From Isurus oxyrinchus (lineage: Eukaryota): a stretch of 64,000 nucleotides of DNA. Under the pieces are notes generated by a model. That model saw only the letters and a list, made by a program, of their open reading frames with translations, made no database searches and was not told the origin of the DNA. Shown one piece after another: positions 63,847 to 64,000 of the stretch. A program made the translations under genes and the position numbers. Position 1 is the stretch's first letter. Every line of letters begins with the position of its first letter. The DNA lies in the NCBI GenBank assembly GCA_026770705.1, contig JANJGN010000131.1, forward strand, positions 744,001 through 808,000, in the 5' to 3' direction.

Positions 63847-63916
63847 CTGGAACCCCGAGAGCTGCAAGGACTGGATAATAAATGGCAGACAGAAGGTCTT
63901 TTGGTGATCCGTGCAT
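63847..63916 (-). CDS. GPR139-like: GPR139/GPR142-like orphan GPCR gene 4, exon 1
   Basis: ATG at 63916 gives MHGSPKDLLSAIYYPVLAALGVP, then G|GTAAAG. 70 nt, phase 1. Confidence 0.9.
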
Positions 63917-63967
63917 CTCCAACAAATGTTCTGAACGCCTTCTGCACTGCACTGAAAGATTGTCACA

Positions 63968-64000
63968 TTTATAACTGATATGAAGCTCCAGGGAGTTAAT
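63968..64000 (-). promoter_or_regulatory. Proximal promoter of gene 4 (cut by window edge)
   Basis: On the minus strand: ATTA-ACTCCCTGGAGC-11 nt-TATAAA, then tgtgac as in gene 2. Confidence 0.65.

Overview
Eukaryotic, repeat-rich DNA, most likely a cartilaginous fish (shark), inferred from the repeat families and gene content. The window holds a cluster of two-exon orphan class A GPCR genes of the GPR139/GPR142 type. Three are intact (5271-11530 +, 27722-30090 -, 45518-47763 +). A fourth (60781-63916 -) has a 1-bp frameshift just after TM7, and two pseudogenic exon-2 copies lie in a ~1.9-kb tandem duplication (39385 and 41292 +). All four genes have a phase-1 intron inside TM1 and a proximal promoter with fixed spacing: TAAT homeodomain site(s), an O/E(EBF)-like TCCCNNGAG site, 11 nt, then TATA. 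This resembles olfactory-receptor promoters, so the cluster is a candidate chemosensory receptor family. Between each convergent GPCR pair lies a remnant of an immunoglobulin heavy-chain membrane terminus (TM1+TM2 exons at 15.5-15.9 kb; TM2/3'UTR copy at 55.3-56.2 kb). The rest is decayed CR1-like LINEs, Penelope-like elements (some with hammerhead-ribozyme cores), SINEs, a Harbinger remnant and minisatellites. All calls are by eye, and repeat boundaries are approximate.
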